Below are positions 22,932 to 34,299 of a stretch of 64,000 nucleotides of DNA, in pieces (within the stretch, counting starts at the first letter, position 1; each line of letters starts with the position of its first letter). The notes under the pieces were generated by a model. That model had not been told where the DNA came from and made no database searches. It saw nothing but the letters and a program-made list of their open reading frames with translations. The translations under genes were made by a program, and so were the position numbers. Source of the stretch: Minutocellus sp. GHC0000111 (Eukaryota); assembly GCA_977018835.1 (NCBI GenBank), contig OZ361256.1:7068001-7132000 (forward strand), given 5' to 3'.

Positions 22932-23000
22932 ATGTTCAGGGCCACTTCTGTAACCTCGGAATTGCTCGCAGTATCCATATTCCCTGCTCGAATGACGGGC
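22932..23000. repeat. Diverged third copy of the 9292-9363 repeat unit
   Basis: gttcagggccacttctg...ccatattccctgctcgaatgacg aligns without gaps to the 9.3-kb copy. Confidence 0.8.
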
Positions 23001-23183
23001 TATACATGTATGACAATTTTCTACATAGACATGTACATGCATTCAATTCATTCAGCCTTACATGTAGCGTCAGTCACCGTCACTGCCCATGCCATTCTGC
23101 ATGCAAGGCAGTGCGCAGAATACGAATGAATCCTCTCTCTCTCTCTCTCTAACAAACTAAAAATAAAAATGTTTCCTACACAT

Positions 23184-24221
23184 CTAATATGACGAATAGG
23201 GAACGCGCATAACATGCTGCATAGATACAGCCTTGTCATGGGTAATGCCGTGCTCATCGCCGTCGTCTTTGAAGTGTACCATAACGAAGGAATCTCCTCC
23301 TCCGACCTTCTTGGGTGGCTGGACAACCGTGGCTTGATAAAAGGATGTTGTGTCGGGATAGACGGCATGGATAATATCGCCGCGCGAAAGGCGGTCCACT
23401 CCTCCAAGGACCACCACTTGAGATTCGGGGAGATTGAATACTTTATTGCTCTCCGCGTCTTCGTCGGCCAACTGGTACATTCCAGTGTCTGGATCTTGCG
23501 AAATCACCGTCGCCAGGATCCAATCCGTACTGTTGGGGTTGACCTGTATCGCCGCCAAGTCATTTGGCTTGGCTCCACCAGCCACTTCAAAGGCACCGCT
23601 ACTCTTGAGGAGACTGAGAAGACAAAGTGAAATAAAAATGCCGTATCCGAAACCAACAATAGTACCAATAGGGATGAGTGAGTAAAGGCATCGAATATAC
23701 TTCTTTCCCATTTCTGCTTGGTTGAAGCGGACATAAAATGCCATTACTTACGCTTCAAACTTTGACAAGTCGGAATCGAGACGCCTTACCACCTCATCGA
23801 CCAAGGAATATGTCTGTTCGGCGACCACCACCTTCTCTTCCGACTGTTGGATGGCTTCCCGACGCAACCTGGCAATCATTTCCAGTTCCGCCGGATTCAT
23901 GATCCGCCCTCTCAATTCCTCTGTTGTTGGAACGATGACATTATCGTCATCCTGGTCATCATCACTATTATCGCCGCCTTTGCCGACCGCAGAACTACTG
24001 ACATCCCGCTTCCTTTTTCGGGTTGCCAGCGGCAGTTCCAGGATGGTCTGCTCGGCACGTTGCACGTAGGCTTCCTCAGCCTCCCTCAATTGTCCGACAA
24101 TTTGCGAGCATGACTTGTCCAAATCCTTGACCAGGTCAAGATTTCTCAGCACCTCATTAGGGAGGTTGGTAATGTGCTCGACAAAGGACTCGAGGAAGGT
24201 GCTCTCTTCTCCCGATGCCAT
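23184..24221 (-). CDS. SGF29: ING N-terminal coiled-coil fused to SGF29 tandem Tudor; intron 23614-23751
   Basis: Exon 1 FLESFVEHITNLPNEVLRNL...EEKVVVAEQTYSLVD...RLDSDL (ING); exon 2 WILATV, AVYPDTTSFYQATV, FKDD (SGF29); GTAAGT..CAG restores frame. Confidence 0.85.
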
Positions 24222-24514
24222 TATTGTTGTTGCTCTAGCTACTAGTAGCTGTTGCTCTGCTTTACTTGTGCCAATTAATTGACCAATTGAAACCGTGATC
24301 GTGAGCATGGGTCGCCGCACAGACGCACAGACCGTCTCGTCGTCTCGTCCCGATCGACGCTCGGCTCATTGCAATGCAATCAAAGTTGCAAAGCAATGTG
24401 CAAAGTGCTCGAAGAGTCTCAAACTGCAAAACTGCTAAACCCTAACTGGCGGTAACTATTACGACTGGCTGGCACTGGGATGGGCCTCCGACTAGCTCAT
24501 TCTTCAATTCTATC

Positions 24515-25453
24515 ATGCCCGAATTGGTAGAGGTCGAACATTTTCGGCAGCTGCTGCTGCCTTTGGTTGGCGCCAGAAGTGGAGAGCTCCTCATTGAAAC
24601 CCCCTCGCCTACCCCTCCAAAGGGGTTTCCGAGCGAGGCAGAGTGGGACGATGTGAGGGAGTGTTCCGTGAAGAATGTACTCCGGAAAGGTAAATTGCTT
24701 CGCATCGAACTAAAGTGCAAGGACCGTGAGGAGAAGCATCTTTATTTGCATATGGGCATGACAGGGAGAATCTCTTGTCCAGGACGGGTGTTGAAACTGG
24801 AAAGTCTCAAAGGTGATGATGTGTACCCTCCCCCACACACTCACCTCATCTTGAAGTCGAATAAGCACGAGGTTGCGTTTTCAGATCCTCGTCGATTTGG
24901 TAAGGTTGTGCTGCGTACTGCGACAGATGATGAGTTTGCAGAGCTTGCCCCGGATGCATTGACCGAGAAGACTGATTTCGATGGGATTGTCGAAAATACT
25001 ACAGCGATCAAAAAGCTGCTACTGGATCAGAGAGCGATTGTGAGTGGTGTAGGAAATTGGATATGTGATGAGGCATTGTATCAGGCCGAGATACATCCCG
25101 ACCAGACAATGTTGACTTCGTCGGAGCGCGATGTCATCGTTGAAAAATTGAATTTTATCATCAAAACTGCAGTTTCTCGGATGGAAGATGAATTGCCTGC
25201 AGATTGGTTGTTTCACAGGCGGTGGGATAAAAGAAAGGGCAGCGGGGTCAAGGATGCCAAAGGGCGATCAGTGAAATGGATAACATCAGCAGGACGAACC
25301 TCGGCAATATGCCCAAGCATACAAAAGCTTCAGCCAAGGAAGCAAGCGGCGAAGAGAAAGGCGCCAGCAAAAAGTCGCACTAGTGGTGACGAATCAACAG
25401 AAAAGACAGAGAAGACAGGAAATCAACGGAAGAAGCGATCAAAGACAAAATAG
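24515..25453 (+). CDS. FPG: Formamidopyrimidine-DNA glycosylase (Fpg/MutM, plant/fungal type lacking Zn finger)
   Basis: MPELVEVE, RKGK, HMGMTG, DPRRFG, LLDQ..VSGVGNWICDE. Confidence 0.95.
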   Translation: MPELVEVEHFRQLLLPLVGARSGELLIETPSPTPPKGFPSEAEWDDVRECSVKNVLRKGKLLRIELKCKDREEKHLYLHMGMTGRISCPGRVLKLESLKGDDVYPPPHTHLILKSNKHEVAFSDPRRFGKVVLRTATDDEFAELAPDALTEKTDFDGIVENTTAIKKLLLDQRAIVSGVGNWICDEALYQAEIHPDQTMLTSSERDVIVEKLNFIIKTAVSRMEDELPADWLFHRRWDKRKGSGVKDAKGRSVKWITSAGRTSAICPSIQKLQPRKQAAKRKAPAKSRTSGDESTEKTEKTGNQRKKRSKTK

Positions 25454-25556
25454 CTATAGCGAGACTAGTATATAGAAGTAGCACTAGGAATTCCTAGCTG
25501 GACTACATAAGAGGAAATTATAATCATAAAGAACAGTATCGCCCACGAATTTTTTA

Positions 25557-26828
25557 CTAATCAAAATTCATATCACCTAAATCATCTCCATCAAAGTTGA
25601 AGAGGTCATCAAAGTCTCCGAGCAGATCATCGCCATCTTGAGTGCTTGCCATTTGGCTGGCAATGAAATCAACCTCATCAAGCTCACTGGCCGCCGACGC
25701 AGCCTGAGCTGGTTGTGCCTCCCTCGTCTTGAGTGATGGTATCCCCTTCTTGACATGCTTCTCCTCAACCGCTGGCGCCTCGTCCTTGGGCTTCTTTTTC
25801 TTCTTCTTTTTCGTCCCATCCTTGGCTTTCTTGGATTTCTTGTCCGCAGTGGATTTCTTGTCCGCAGTAGACGCAGCTGCTGCAGCTGCCGCTTCAGCCG
25901 CCGCCGCCGCTGCTGCAACTGCCTCCTTCCCTTCTATGACTTCCTTGATCTCCTTGGGATCAAGCCAAATCTCGGGGTGCTTGGTGGCCACAATATCCTT
26001 CTCATCGAACGTGATTCCATACGGTTGCGCTCCGTTCTCGTCCATCCATGGTTCGTAGTCCACGATTTCGTCAACGACCTCCTCAATGGCCTTGCCCTGG
26101 ACGCTGCCCGATCCCTTCCCCCGGCCTTTGCCCTTGCCTTTGCCCTTGCCCGCGCCCTTCTCTGTCTGATCGATCAAGCTCTTGAGTTCCTTCTCCACTT
26201 CGGATATCTCCGACCGCGGCGGTGCGACGCTCTTGTGCTCCCGGGCCGCGAATCTCCGCTCAACAACCCTCTTGAGCGGTGGAGTAATGCCGGAGTGATA
26301 ATAACTGGGATAACCCTCCACCTTGTAGGCTGGTACGCTTTCGGATTCTTCCAGATGGGTCATGTCTTCGTACACAATCAGTATCTGTCCAACATCGCTG
26401 CATTTGTAGTACGAGGCATGATCATGCATCTTGTGAATTTCGACCGGGCAGGGTAGGTTGCACAATCGGGCGGGGTACGTCATGCCATCGCACCGGAAGG
26501 ACCACAGCGTCGACTCGTTCGCAAGGGGGGCGCAGCTCACCCCCTCCAGGTCAAGGATGGTGGCCGCCGACGGCCCACCCCTGCCGTCCTCCCCGACCGG
26601 CGGCGGCATGACCGACAGGGCGGTCCCCAACGACGCCTGCGCCTGCTGGGCCTGCACTCGTGCCTTGGCCCTGTCGGCCTCGTGCTCGGCCGCCACCTTC
26701 TGGTCCAGGGCGGCCATCTTATCTCGCAGAGCCGTTCGGAGGGACGGCACCAGAATGCGCAGGACCAGTGTCCGGTCTTTTGCATGGGTGCTGTGGTGGT
26801 GGTGATGCCCGTGTCCGTGTCGGGCCAT
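25557..26828 (-). CDS. TAF7: TFIID subunit TAF7
   Basis: YPARLCNLPCPVEIHK, YYKCSDVGQIL, SGITPPL..V..RRF. Confidence 0.9.
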   Translation of the reverse strand: MARHGHGHHHHHSTHAKDRTLVLRILVPSLRTALRDKMAALDQKVAAEHEADRAKARVQAQQAQASLGTALSVMPPPVGEDGRGGPSAATILDLEGVSCAPLANESTLWSFRCDGMTYPARLCNLPCPVEIHKMHDHASYYKCSDVGQILIVYEDMTHLEESESVPAYKVEGYPSYYHSGITPPLKRVVERRFAAREHKSVAPPRSEISEVEKELKSLIDQTEKGAGKGKGKGKGRGKGSGSVQGKAIEEVVDEIVDYEPWMDENGAQPYGITFDEKDIVATKHPEIWLDPKEIKEVIEGKEAVAAAAAAAEAAAAAAASTADKKSTADKKSKKAKDGTKKKKKKKPKDEAPAVEEKHVKKGIPSLKTREAQPAQAASAASELDEVDFIASQMASTQDGDDLLGDFDDLFNFDGDDLGDMNFD

Positions 26829-27500
26829 GGTGCACGAACTCTCGATAGGTTGCAAGGTGATAGTGGGTCGGTGCCGCCGCGCGGTGGGCGGCTGCGCCGC
26901 TTTGCCCGGCACTTTCGGCCGATGACTCCCGTTTATTTGAGTTCGGTCCCGGCAACGACAACGGCACACCCACATGTTCTAAACATAAATTCAATTGATG
27001 ACAAGGGGGGCCTGGGCCTTTACTAGGCCCCACCGCCCCCAAAACCTGAACTTTCTGGTGAAGGAAAGCCCAAGTGGAGGGAGGGTGGGTTTAATGAAAA
27101 CTATCTAACAACACGGCGTAGACAGCGGTGCTCGCCGTCGATGCTGCCGTGTCGATCGTCTCCAAAAAGATGCCGTTCAAGGCAAGGACATGGTTGCGCT
27201 GCTCCTCTTCTCCTAAGCAGTCGAAAGAGAGAGCACCGCAAGAGCCATCGGTCTCTAGTCGGTCAATCAGTCACTTCTAAGCACTCGGCATAACATCTGC
27301 CACACCGGAAAAAGACCTTTTTAGAGCACCGATCTACATTCTATTCTATTCTATTCTATTAGACTACCAAAGTTTATACGGGCATGGGAAAGAAGACGAG
27401 TCTGGCTTATCTTCGTGTGATCTGCTAGGCAGTGATGAGCACCGATCTACATGTACCGTTATGTAGACTACCCTGCCCTTATTTTAGCCAGACACTAGAT

Positions 27501-28505
27501 CTACTTCTTCTTGATTGTGATGGAGGCAACGTGCTTGTTATTTTTCTTCTTCTTTGCCAAGGCCATGAAGTTGTTCCTTTGTTGTTGGGGCACTTCTGCC
27601 GCCACCGAAACCAGCTTCGAAAAGTCTGGACACCACAAGTTAGTCTCTCTTCGCAAAGCAGTCATATAGTCTTCCCCATTCTTGCTCGTAGTTTGGGGAT
27701 GGCACCGTGGATTGGACCTCGTGCCCTGATACTTGTTGCCACAGGCCCAGTAAAAAGCGCTTGCAAGATGACCCACAACCCGATAGCACCCGTTCGATCG
27801 AGATCCGGATGAGTAGTCCAACTGGTACTGATAATTGATCTGCGGCAAGATATGTACCGCGTTGCCTTCCTCAGAACGCAAAAAGGTTGAAAACACAGAA
27901 CCGTACTTTGAAAGCGACGAACCTCTTGGTACTGGAATGGAGAAATCGGAGGCAATCTTTTCCACCGCCTGCGAGACCAGTTCAACTATTTCATCTTCTG
28001 ATCGAATTGCTTTGACAGTGGAAGGGTATATTCCAGCAAGATGGCGATTGGCGGCCACCAAATGTTCCTCCCAAAACCCGTCCTCGTGCCCAACATTTAT
28101 TACGACCGAGGTATCTGGTAAAATGTACTGGAGTGTCAATGCTGTCCCAACGGAACTCACGTAGATGTCCACATCACGGAGCACCTCAAGTTGTGTTTGC
28201 ATTGTATTGAACTCTGACCAATCAAAGACCTGCGCCATCACCCAAAAAAGTGTGCCACTACTGGTAGAAGGATGATATGATGCGAGCCTGCTGTTGATTG
28301 CTTTTACCATAGCTCCGAGATCACCCCACTCTCGCTTGTTTGGCAGCAATAATGCCTTCAGATGAATAGCACCGTCATCTCCCCTGACGCGATGCTCCCC
28401 TGAGCTGGTCCGTTCCTGCGGTCGCTGGATAGAATAAGAATCATACATACGCGATCGAAAGCGACGAGGTAGGTACATGATGTCCTCGGCATATGGATCA
28501 TACAT
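27501..28505 (-). CDS. Glycosyltransferase family 61-like C-terminal region, possibly 5'-truncated
   Basis: QLEVLRDVDIYVSSVGTALT..LP..SVVINV pattern; upstream frame is not open. Confidence 0.5.
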   Translation of the reverse strand: MYDPYAEDIMYLPRRFRSRMYDSYSIQRPQERTSSGEHRVRGDDGAIHLKALLLPNKREWGDLGAMVKAINSRLASYHPSTSSGTLFWVMAQVFDWSEFNTMQTQLEVLRDVDIYVSSVGTALTLQYILPDTSVVINVGHEDGFWEEHLVAANRHLAGIYPSTVKAIRSEDEIVELVSQAVEKIASDFSIPVPRGSSLSKYGSVFSTFLRSEEGNAVHILPQINYQYQLDYSSGSRSNGCYRVVGHLASAFYWACGNKYQGTRSNPRCHPQTTSKNGEDYMTALRRETNLWCPDFSKLVSVAAEVPQQQRNNFMALAKKKKNNKHVASITIKKK

Positions 28506-29440
28506 GGACGCTTCTCGGCCAGAAGCAAGCGGCCAGCACTCAGCAACTCACCTCTCAGACCAATGCAGCGAACTCTGTGCTACCAGACCTGCTCGCCCAA
28601 CCGGAGTAACACCACCGGCGGGGTAGCCGTCAAGTGGCATGGATTTCGGAGGTGGGCCATCTCAAGCTTACTGCGATCGCCAAAGGGATCTAGTAAGGAG
28701 GTGGAGTGAGAAATCGAATATCACATTATAATCGAAATTCGATTCAAGACTTCGAGGGCAAGCAGAAGCTGCTCAGCGCCTCGACTCTTGGCAACCACAT
28801 GCATGTGCAAGTGCATGCTAAAGTCCCGTAGATCGATCTATAGACGTAGATCAGACTTGTCTACGATTGCTAACGGTGTGTTAGAACCTCCAAGTCGACA
28901 GAGCAAACACTACAGAAGTGAAGAAAGACAAGCAGAGGTGTAGAGCGGGTTATGGGAACCACAATAGAGAAAATCAGCCGGGGTTTTCGTCCGTCTGCCG
29001 TACGTAAGTAGACACGTCAGTGGCAATGGCTCGAATGGCTCATCTTGTGAAGCATCGTTGCAACGGCATCCTCTGAGGACCGTTAGCTAAGTCATAGGGC
29101 TAGTTAGCCAAGTACAATTGCATATGTCGATAGATCTATCAGCTCCGACTGACAGCATTGCGCCGCCGGCGAAGTTTCTGTAGTTCATCAGCCCATGGTC
29201 TCTCTACCAGAGCATGGAATGCAATGATGTGATGGAAACGAGCAATTATGGGTGAGATGCAAACGACATCCGTCTGGGACGGCCATTCCTGACACACATG
29301 CTCCACCGCAATGTGTTGAGCTGCCAACAGCTCTTCGGCACGTCAGCATCACTCATGTGATCCGATCGACACCAGGGGGGCGATCAACTCCTCCCTCTCA
29401 CTCATGTCGCAGCAGTGTCCACTTGCCCGAGCGCCGATCA

Positions 29441-29932
29441 ACATCAGCTCGCACTCGTTTGATAGCAGTGGTCCTTCCTGCCTGCTTTGCCGAGCGCACG
29501 CCCTGCGGCGCACTCCAACTCGGCCTCGAGCCCACGCCCTGCGGCGCAGTCAAACTCGCAGAGTTGCGCCACCAAAGCGCATCACAAACTCGCGAGGAGT
29601 AGATTTACGTGCTCCCCAGCACGGTGATCGACATGGCCTATCTCCCGCCCTGTAGCGGTCGGTCGGAGTTCCATTGCGGCATCTCAACGACACGGTAATG
29701 CGGTGCATCAAAGTGCCAATAAAAGACATCGGAACGAACACACAAAAGATGCGCAAAAGATGTGCTCACACAAGATGCGATGGGTCGGATGAACTAATTC
29801 GAATCAGCCGGGACCAACCAGTGACGTACCAGTCGACATGCACCAGCCAAAGCAAGATGTAATCCGTTCCAACACATCCAATCACCGGCACAAAGCAAAG
29901 ATATCGCACTACTCTCTCTAATTCGATAACTA
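29441..29932. repeat. Direct repeat copy 1 (about 0.49 kb), LTR-like; may extend left to about 29125
   Basis: Near-identical to 34300-34792 (two short indels, five substitutions). Confidence 0.95.
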
Positions 29933-29935
29933 ATC

Positions 29936-32900
29936 TGTTGATACCGTGGGATACGTACGTACGTATACATACGTACGGTACGTACGGTGATCAGACCACT
30001 GACTCAGTGCCCTCTCCTGACCGTTGATCCATGGGCCAACGACATCTCCGATGGCCCATTTTTCATCTACGTAGGTCCTATTAACCTCTACTAGCTATAT
30101 CTATCTAGCTTAGCTTTAGGACCTCTTAGCAGACCTATGTGACACATCTTTTCCACCCGTGCTCGCCCCATTTCGGTTCGCACCTCACCGGTTTGTCTTG
30201 GTTGGGTTCTCACTCGTCACGCAAGAAAAACCGACACATCTTCAATCGGCCAAAACTACCGTTTCTTTCGACAATATTGGAACGACGATCCAATCCCTTC
30301 CCCGAAAGTCCTGACCAGATCGACCCATCCAATCGATCACACTTCTCTGGATCGAACCTTCTGTCGATCACACGTCTCGCAGCAACACCGCCGTGCTGCC
30401 TGTCTTCGCTGACTGAAACACCAGCATGAATCCCGACGCAGTTTTTGGCCAACCTCTCGGCGCAGCGCCGATTCTCCCCACCAAGTTAATCACACGTGTG
30501 AATGACCCAGGACAACCTCCCCAACGCGAGCGTGTTGCCAAAGCGCTCAAGGAACTTCAACAAGCGGCGGTCAGCATTCCAGCAGGGGGTGCAACATGTG
30601 ACCACAACCTCGGCCATTTGGGCCTCGTCGTCAGCGATGCCGAATGCACCACCAAAAGCAACGGCCGACCACATGTGCCTCCGGCAAATCCTGGCCCCAG
30701 CCCCACCATTCCCGCCGTGGCCAATCTAGACCAACGCGATCGTGCAATCCGGGGACATCACATCGAAAAGGGCCACTGCAACTTGTGCGAGCAAGTCAAC
30801 ACGGCGCTCAAGAGTCTCCTCGACTCGATCGACGCCGTCTACATCAATCATCTCGAAGATGACATGCTCGGTTTCCAGCCAGTCACCATCCGCCAAATCA
30901 TCGACAGCGTTACCGATCGCTACTTGAAATTCAACGAGACTCAGAAGGAGGAGTTAGAGAAGCAGCTCGAGAAGCAGCACGACGGGGGACCCATCGACAC
31001 CCATATCGCCACATTCAACAAAGTCTTCAAGGCGTTTGAAACGGCCGGCGAACCCTTCACCAACAAGCAAAAGGTCTCCAAGTTCTGCCGCTCCGTGCGC
31101 AGGTTCTCATTGGCAAAGAAGGCATGCGAGGACTGGGACGACAGACCGGAGGCCGAACGCACGTGGGCCAACGTGCAGTCGGACTTCCGCGATTGGCATG
31201 ACAAGAAGATGGCCAACACCACCACCGAAGCGGCAGGATGTCATGGCGCGAATTTGGCCTCATCGGCCTCGGACGATCCATTTCTTTCTCGAGCCGATCT
31301 CCTTTTGGCTGATGCCACCGAAGCCCTCAAGACCAACCAAGCCATGATGGCGAACCTCGCCAAAAAGAGCAACGAGAAGGACGACACCATTGCCAAACTT
31401 CGCCAAGAAACAGCTTCACTCAAGGCCGAGAACCGCGTTCTGCGTGAGGGACGCAACCACACTGGTGGCAGTGGAGGCTACCGCGGCGGTGGCCAGCAGA
31501 ACGGCGCCGGCCACTTCCCAGGCCAAGGTCCTAACCTCAACCGCCAGGAGAAGAGGGAACTGCAGTCGATCCTCCCCAGAGGCCATTGTTGCCACACGTG
31601 CGGCTATTCGTCCAACCACCCCAGCTTTGAATGCACTTGCAAAGGGCCCAACCACGTTGATGACGCCACCAAGCACAATCCTTGCGGTGGCAGCTCGCGT
31701 CGTAACTGAGCGGGAGGGACGGTGGATGTTAATCAGCACAAAATAGAGGACAGCATGTCTGAATCCACCTCCTCCCCGCCTTCGTTAGCTTTCTTACGTC
31801 AAAAAGCAAACCTCCAACTCAAGAGCCAATCGTCCTCGCAGCAGATGCTGGAACGACGGGACATTTTGTCCAGAAGCCCCAACACCTGTCGTGCGATGGC
31901 CCTGTTTTCAACGTCCAACAGACAGCAATTCCTATCAGCGTCACCCTTCCGGACAATGGCACAATGACGAACACCCACGAGGCCACGCTTCGCCTCCCTG
32001 GGGTTTCCCCATCGGCTAGCAAGGCCTGTGTTTTCAATGACATGGCATCATCGCTCCTATCGATTGGGCAGCTGTGTGACGATGGATGCATTGCCACTTT
32101 CGACAAGGATTCGGTAGTCATCGCCAAGGACAATGCCGTCATTTTGCAAGGTAAACGAGACCCCTCAACGAAATTGTGGATGGCAGATCTTAATTGCTCG
32201 CCCACCATGTCGCCGCTCCCCGGCCCCAACGTCATCCAACATGCTGCCAACGCCGCAATTGCCCAGGAGACGGTTCCGGAACGTGTAGCCTTTTTGCATT
32301 GGTGCGCTGGCAGTCCTCAGCTATCTACCTGGTGCAAAGCAATCGATGCGGGATTTTATAGATCTTGGCCAGGCCTCACATCAAAGCTTGTACGTAAGCA
32401 CATGCCACAGTCGACACCGATGATTAAAGGTCACTTAGACCAGCAGCGCAAGAACATCAGGTCGACCAAGCCCAAACGGTCGATGGCTACGCCAAAATCT
32501 CTCCCTGGGGTGGACGAAACCGAGCAGGATCTCCACCCGGCACAACACCAACAGCGCACCAACTGTGTCTTTGCTGATTGTCATGACATAACGGGCCAGA
32601 TCTTCTCAGATCAGCCCGGCCGTTTCTTGGCATCGTCTATTTCTGGCCACCAGTGCACAATGGTCGTCTGTGACTGTGACTCCAACAGCATCTTGGCCGA
32701 ACCAATGAAAAGCCGATCGGGAACGGAAATGCGCCGAGCGTGCCAAACTATTTTCGAACACCTCTCCAAGCGAGGATTTCGCCCAAAATTGCAACGATTG
32801 GATGATGAAGTGAGTCGAGAGCTGAAGGAGTTCATGGAAGAAAAGGATGTAGATTTTCAATTGACCCCAACGCACTCCCACCGCCGAAATGCGGCCGAAC

Positions 32901-34299
32901 GAGCCATTCGAACCTTTAAGAATCATTTCATTGCGATTCTCTGTGGTGCCGATCCAGACTTTCCCCTCATCTTGTGGGACAAATTGCTGGAGCAGGCGGT
33001 AGTGACCCTCAATTTCCTGAGAGCGTCCCGAGTCAACCCTCGACTTTCAGCGCACGAGCAACTCAATGGCGGCTTTGATTTCAATCGCACGCCTCTGGGC
33101 CCCCTCGGATGCAAGGTCATCTTTCACGAGATGCCCTCGGCACGCGGCTCTTGGTCCCCGCATGGCGTTGATGGGCACTGTGTCGGTCCAGCCATGGAGC
33201 ACTGCCGGTGTTACAAGGTTTGGATTGAGGAAACTCGGGCGGAACGCACTGGTAACACACTCGTCTGGCTCCCCAAAATGATTCCGGTGCCCAAAACGTC
33301 GTCGGCCGATGCAGCAACAGTCGCAGCTCATGAACTCCTGCACGCTCTACAGAATCCACATCCAGCGGCACCCCTTGCTCCCCTTCGAGACGAGCATCGT
33401 CAAGCTTTAGAAAAGCTCTCCGAGATTTTCAACAGCGTGACCCCAGCAGAATCTGCCACCTCCGCCTCTGATGAGACGATGCAGACAACCGCAGCTCCGA
33501 GGGTGCTGGAGAACGATGACGACTCCCAACGATTCCGCCTCGGTGCCATCGTCGCCAAAGTGTTTGGAGATCGCAATTGCAAGGGAAGAGTCGTTGCATT
33601 TGACAAGAAGCATGAGTGCTGCAAAATCAAACACGAGGACGACGACGTAGAAGAGATGAACGAGACTGAAGCAGGCCGTCACCTTGTCTCCAACCCCAAC
33701 GCTCCGTTACCTCAGCCCCAGCAACCTCCGAGGGTGGCAAAATCCTCCACACATGATGCAGCCACCACTAAAAGCCGTGGATCACGTCGATCCAACGCGC
33801 CACCTCGCTCGTCAGTTTCTTCCAACTGCTGCAATCCTTTGGCTGCAGCAGACGAGCCCAACGGCGACGATGATGATAATCATGACGACGATGCAACCGT
33901 CGTAACATCCAATCAAAGTTCCAATGCCCCCACCTCCCGTCGGCAACGTAAACGCAAGTCTCCAACGATCGACACCACTCCAACATTGCCAGCTCCAGCA
34001 AAATCGACAAGCAAGTCCAAACCATCGACCGCCAAACCACCTCGACGACGATCATGCCGTCAGCGAGGGCACATTCCACATCGGAACCCTCCCCCACGGC
34101 CATCATCTCGTCGTAGTGCCCACCACGTGGCCAACATGGCAGCTTTCTCGCCTTTACCAAACCTCCAACACTTTGCTAACGCCGTCGTCCATCCCGACAC
34201 TGGTGCAATGCTTGAATGCCGCGACCTCCTCAAAACGAACATGAGGGACCAATTCATTCAAGCAAACATCGATGAAATTGGACGGCTAACAGACGGCCG
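29936..34299 (+). mobile_element. Ty1/copia (CoDi-like) LTR retrotransposon, truncated before RT
   Basis: TGTTGATACC LTR-like start; gag 30426-31709 (GHLGLV, C-terminal C..C...H....C); protease ADAGTTGHF about 31841; integrase SDQPGRF, RLDDE, HRRNAAERAIRTFKNH; ends at ANAVVHPDTG..EIGRL; no RT/RNase H. Confidence 0.92.

Noticed and set aside
29441..29932. Penelope pseudo-LTR with hammerhead ribozyme or DIRS split repeat
   Set aside because: No hammerhead core, GIY-YIG or tyrosine recombinase motif found by eye
30426..34299. Alternative genetic code explaining Cys/His for Tyr
   Set aside because: Host genes use TAY for conserved Tyr; the effect is confined to TEs and also hits non-Tyr TA sites
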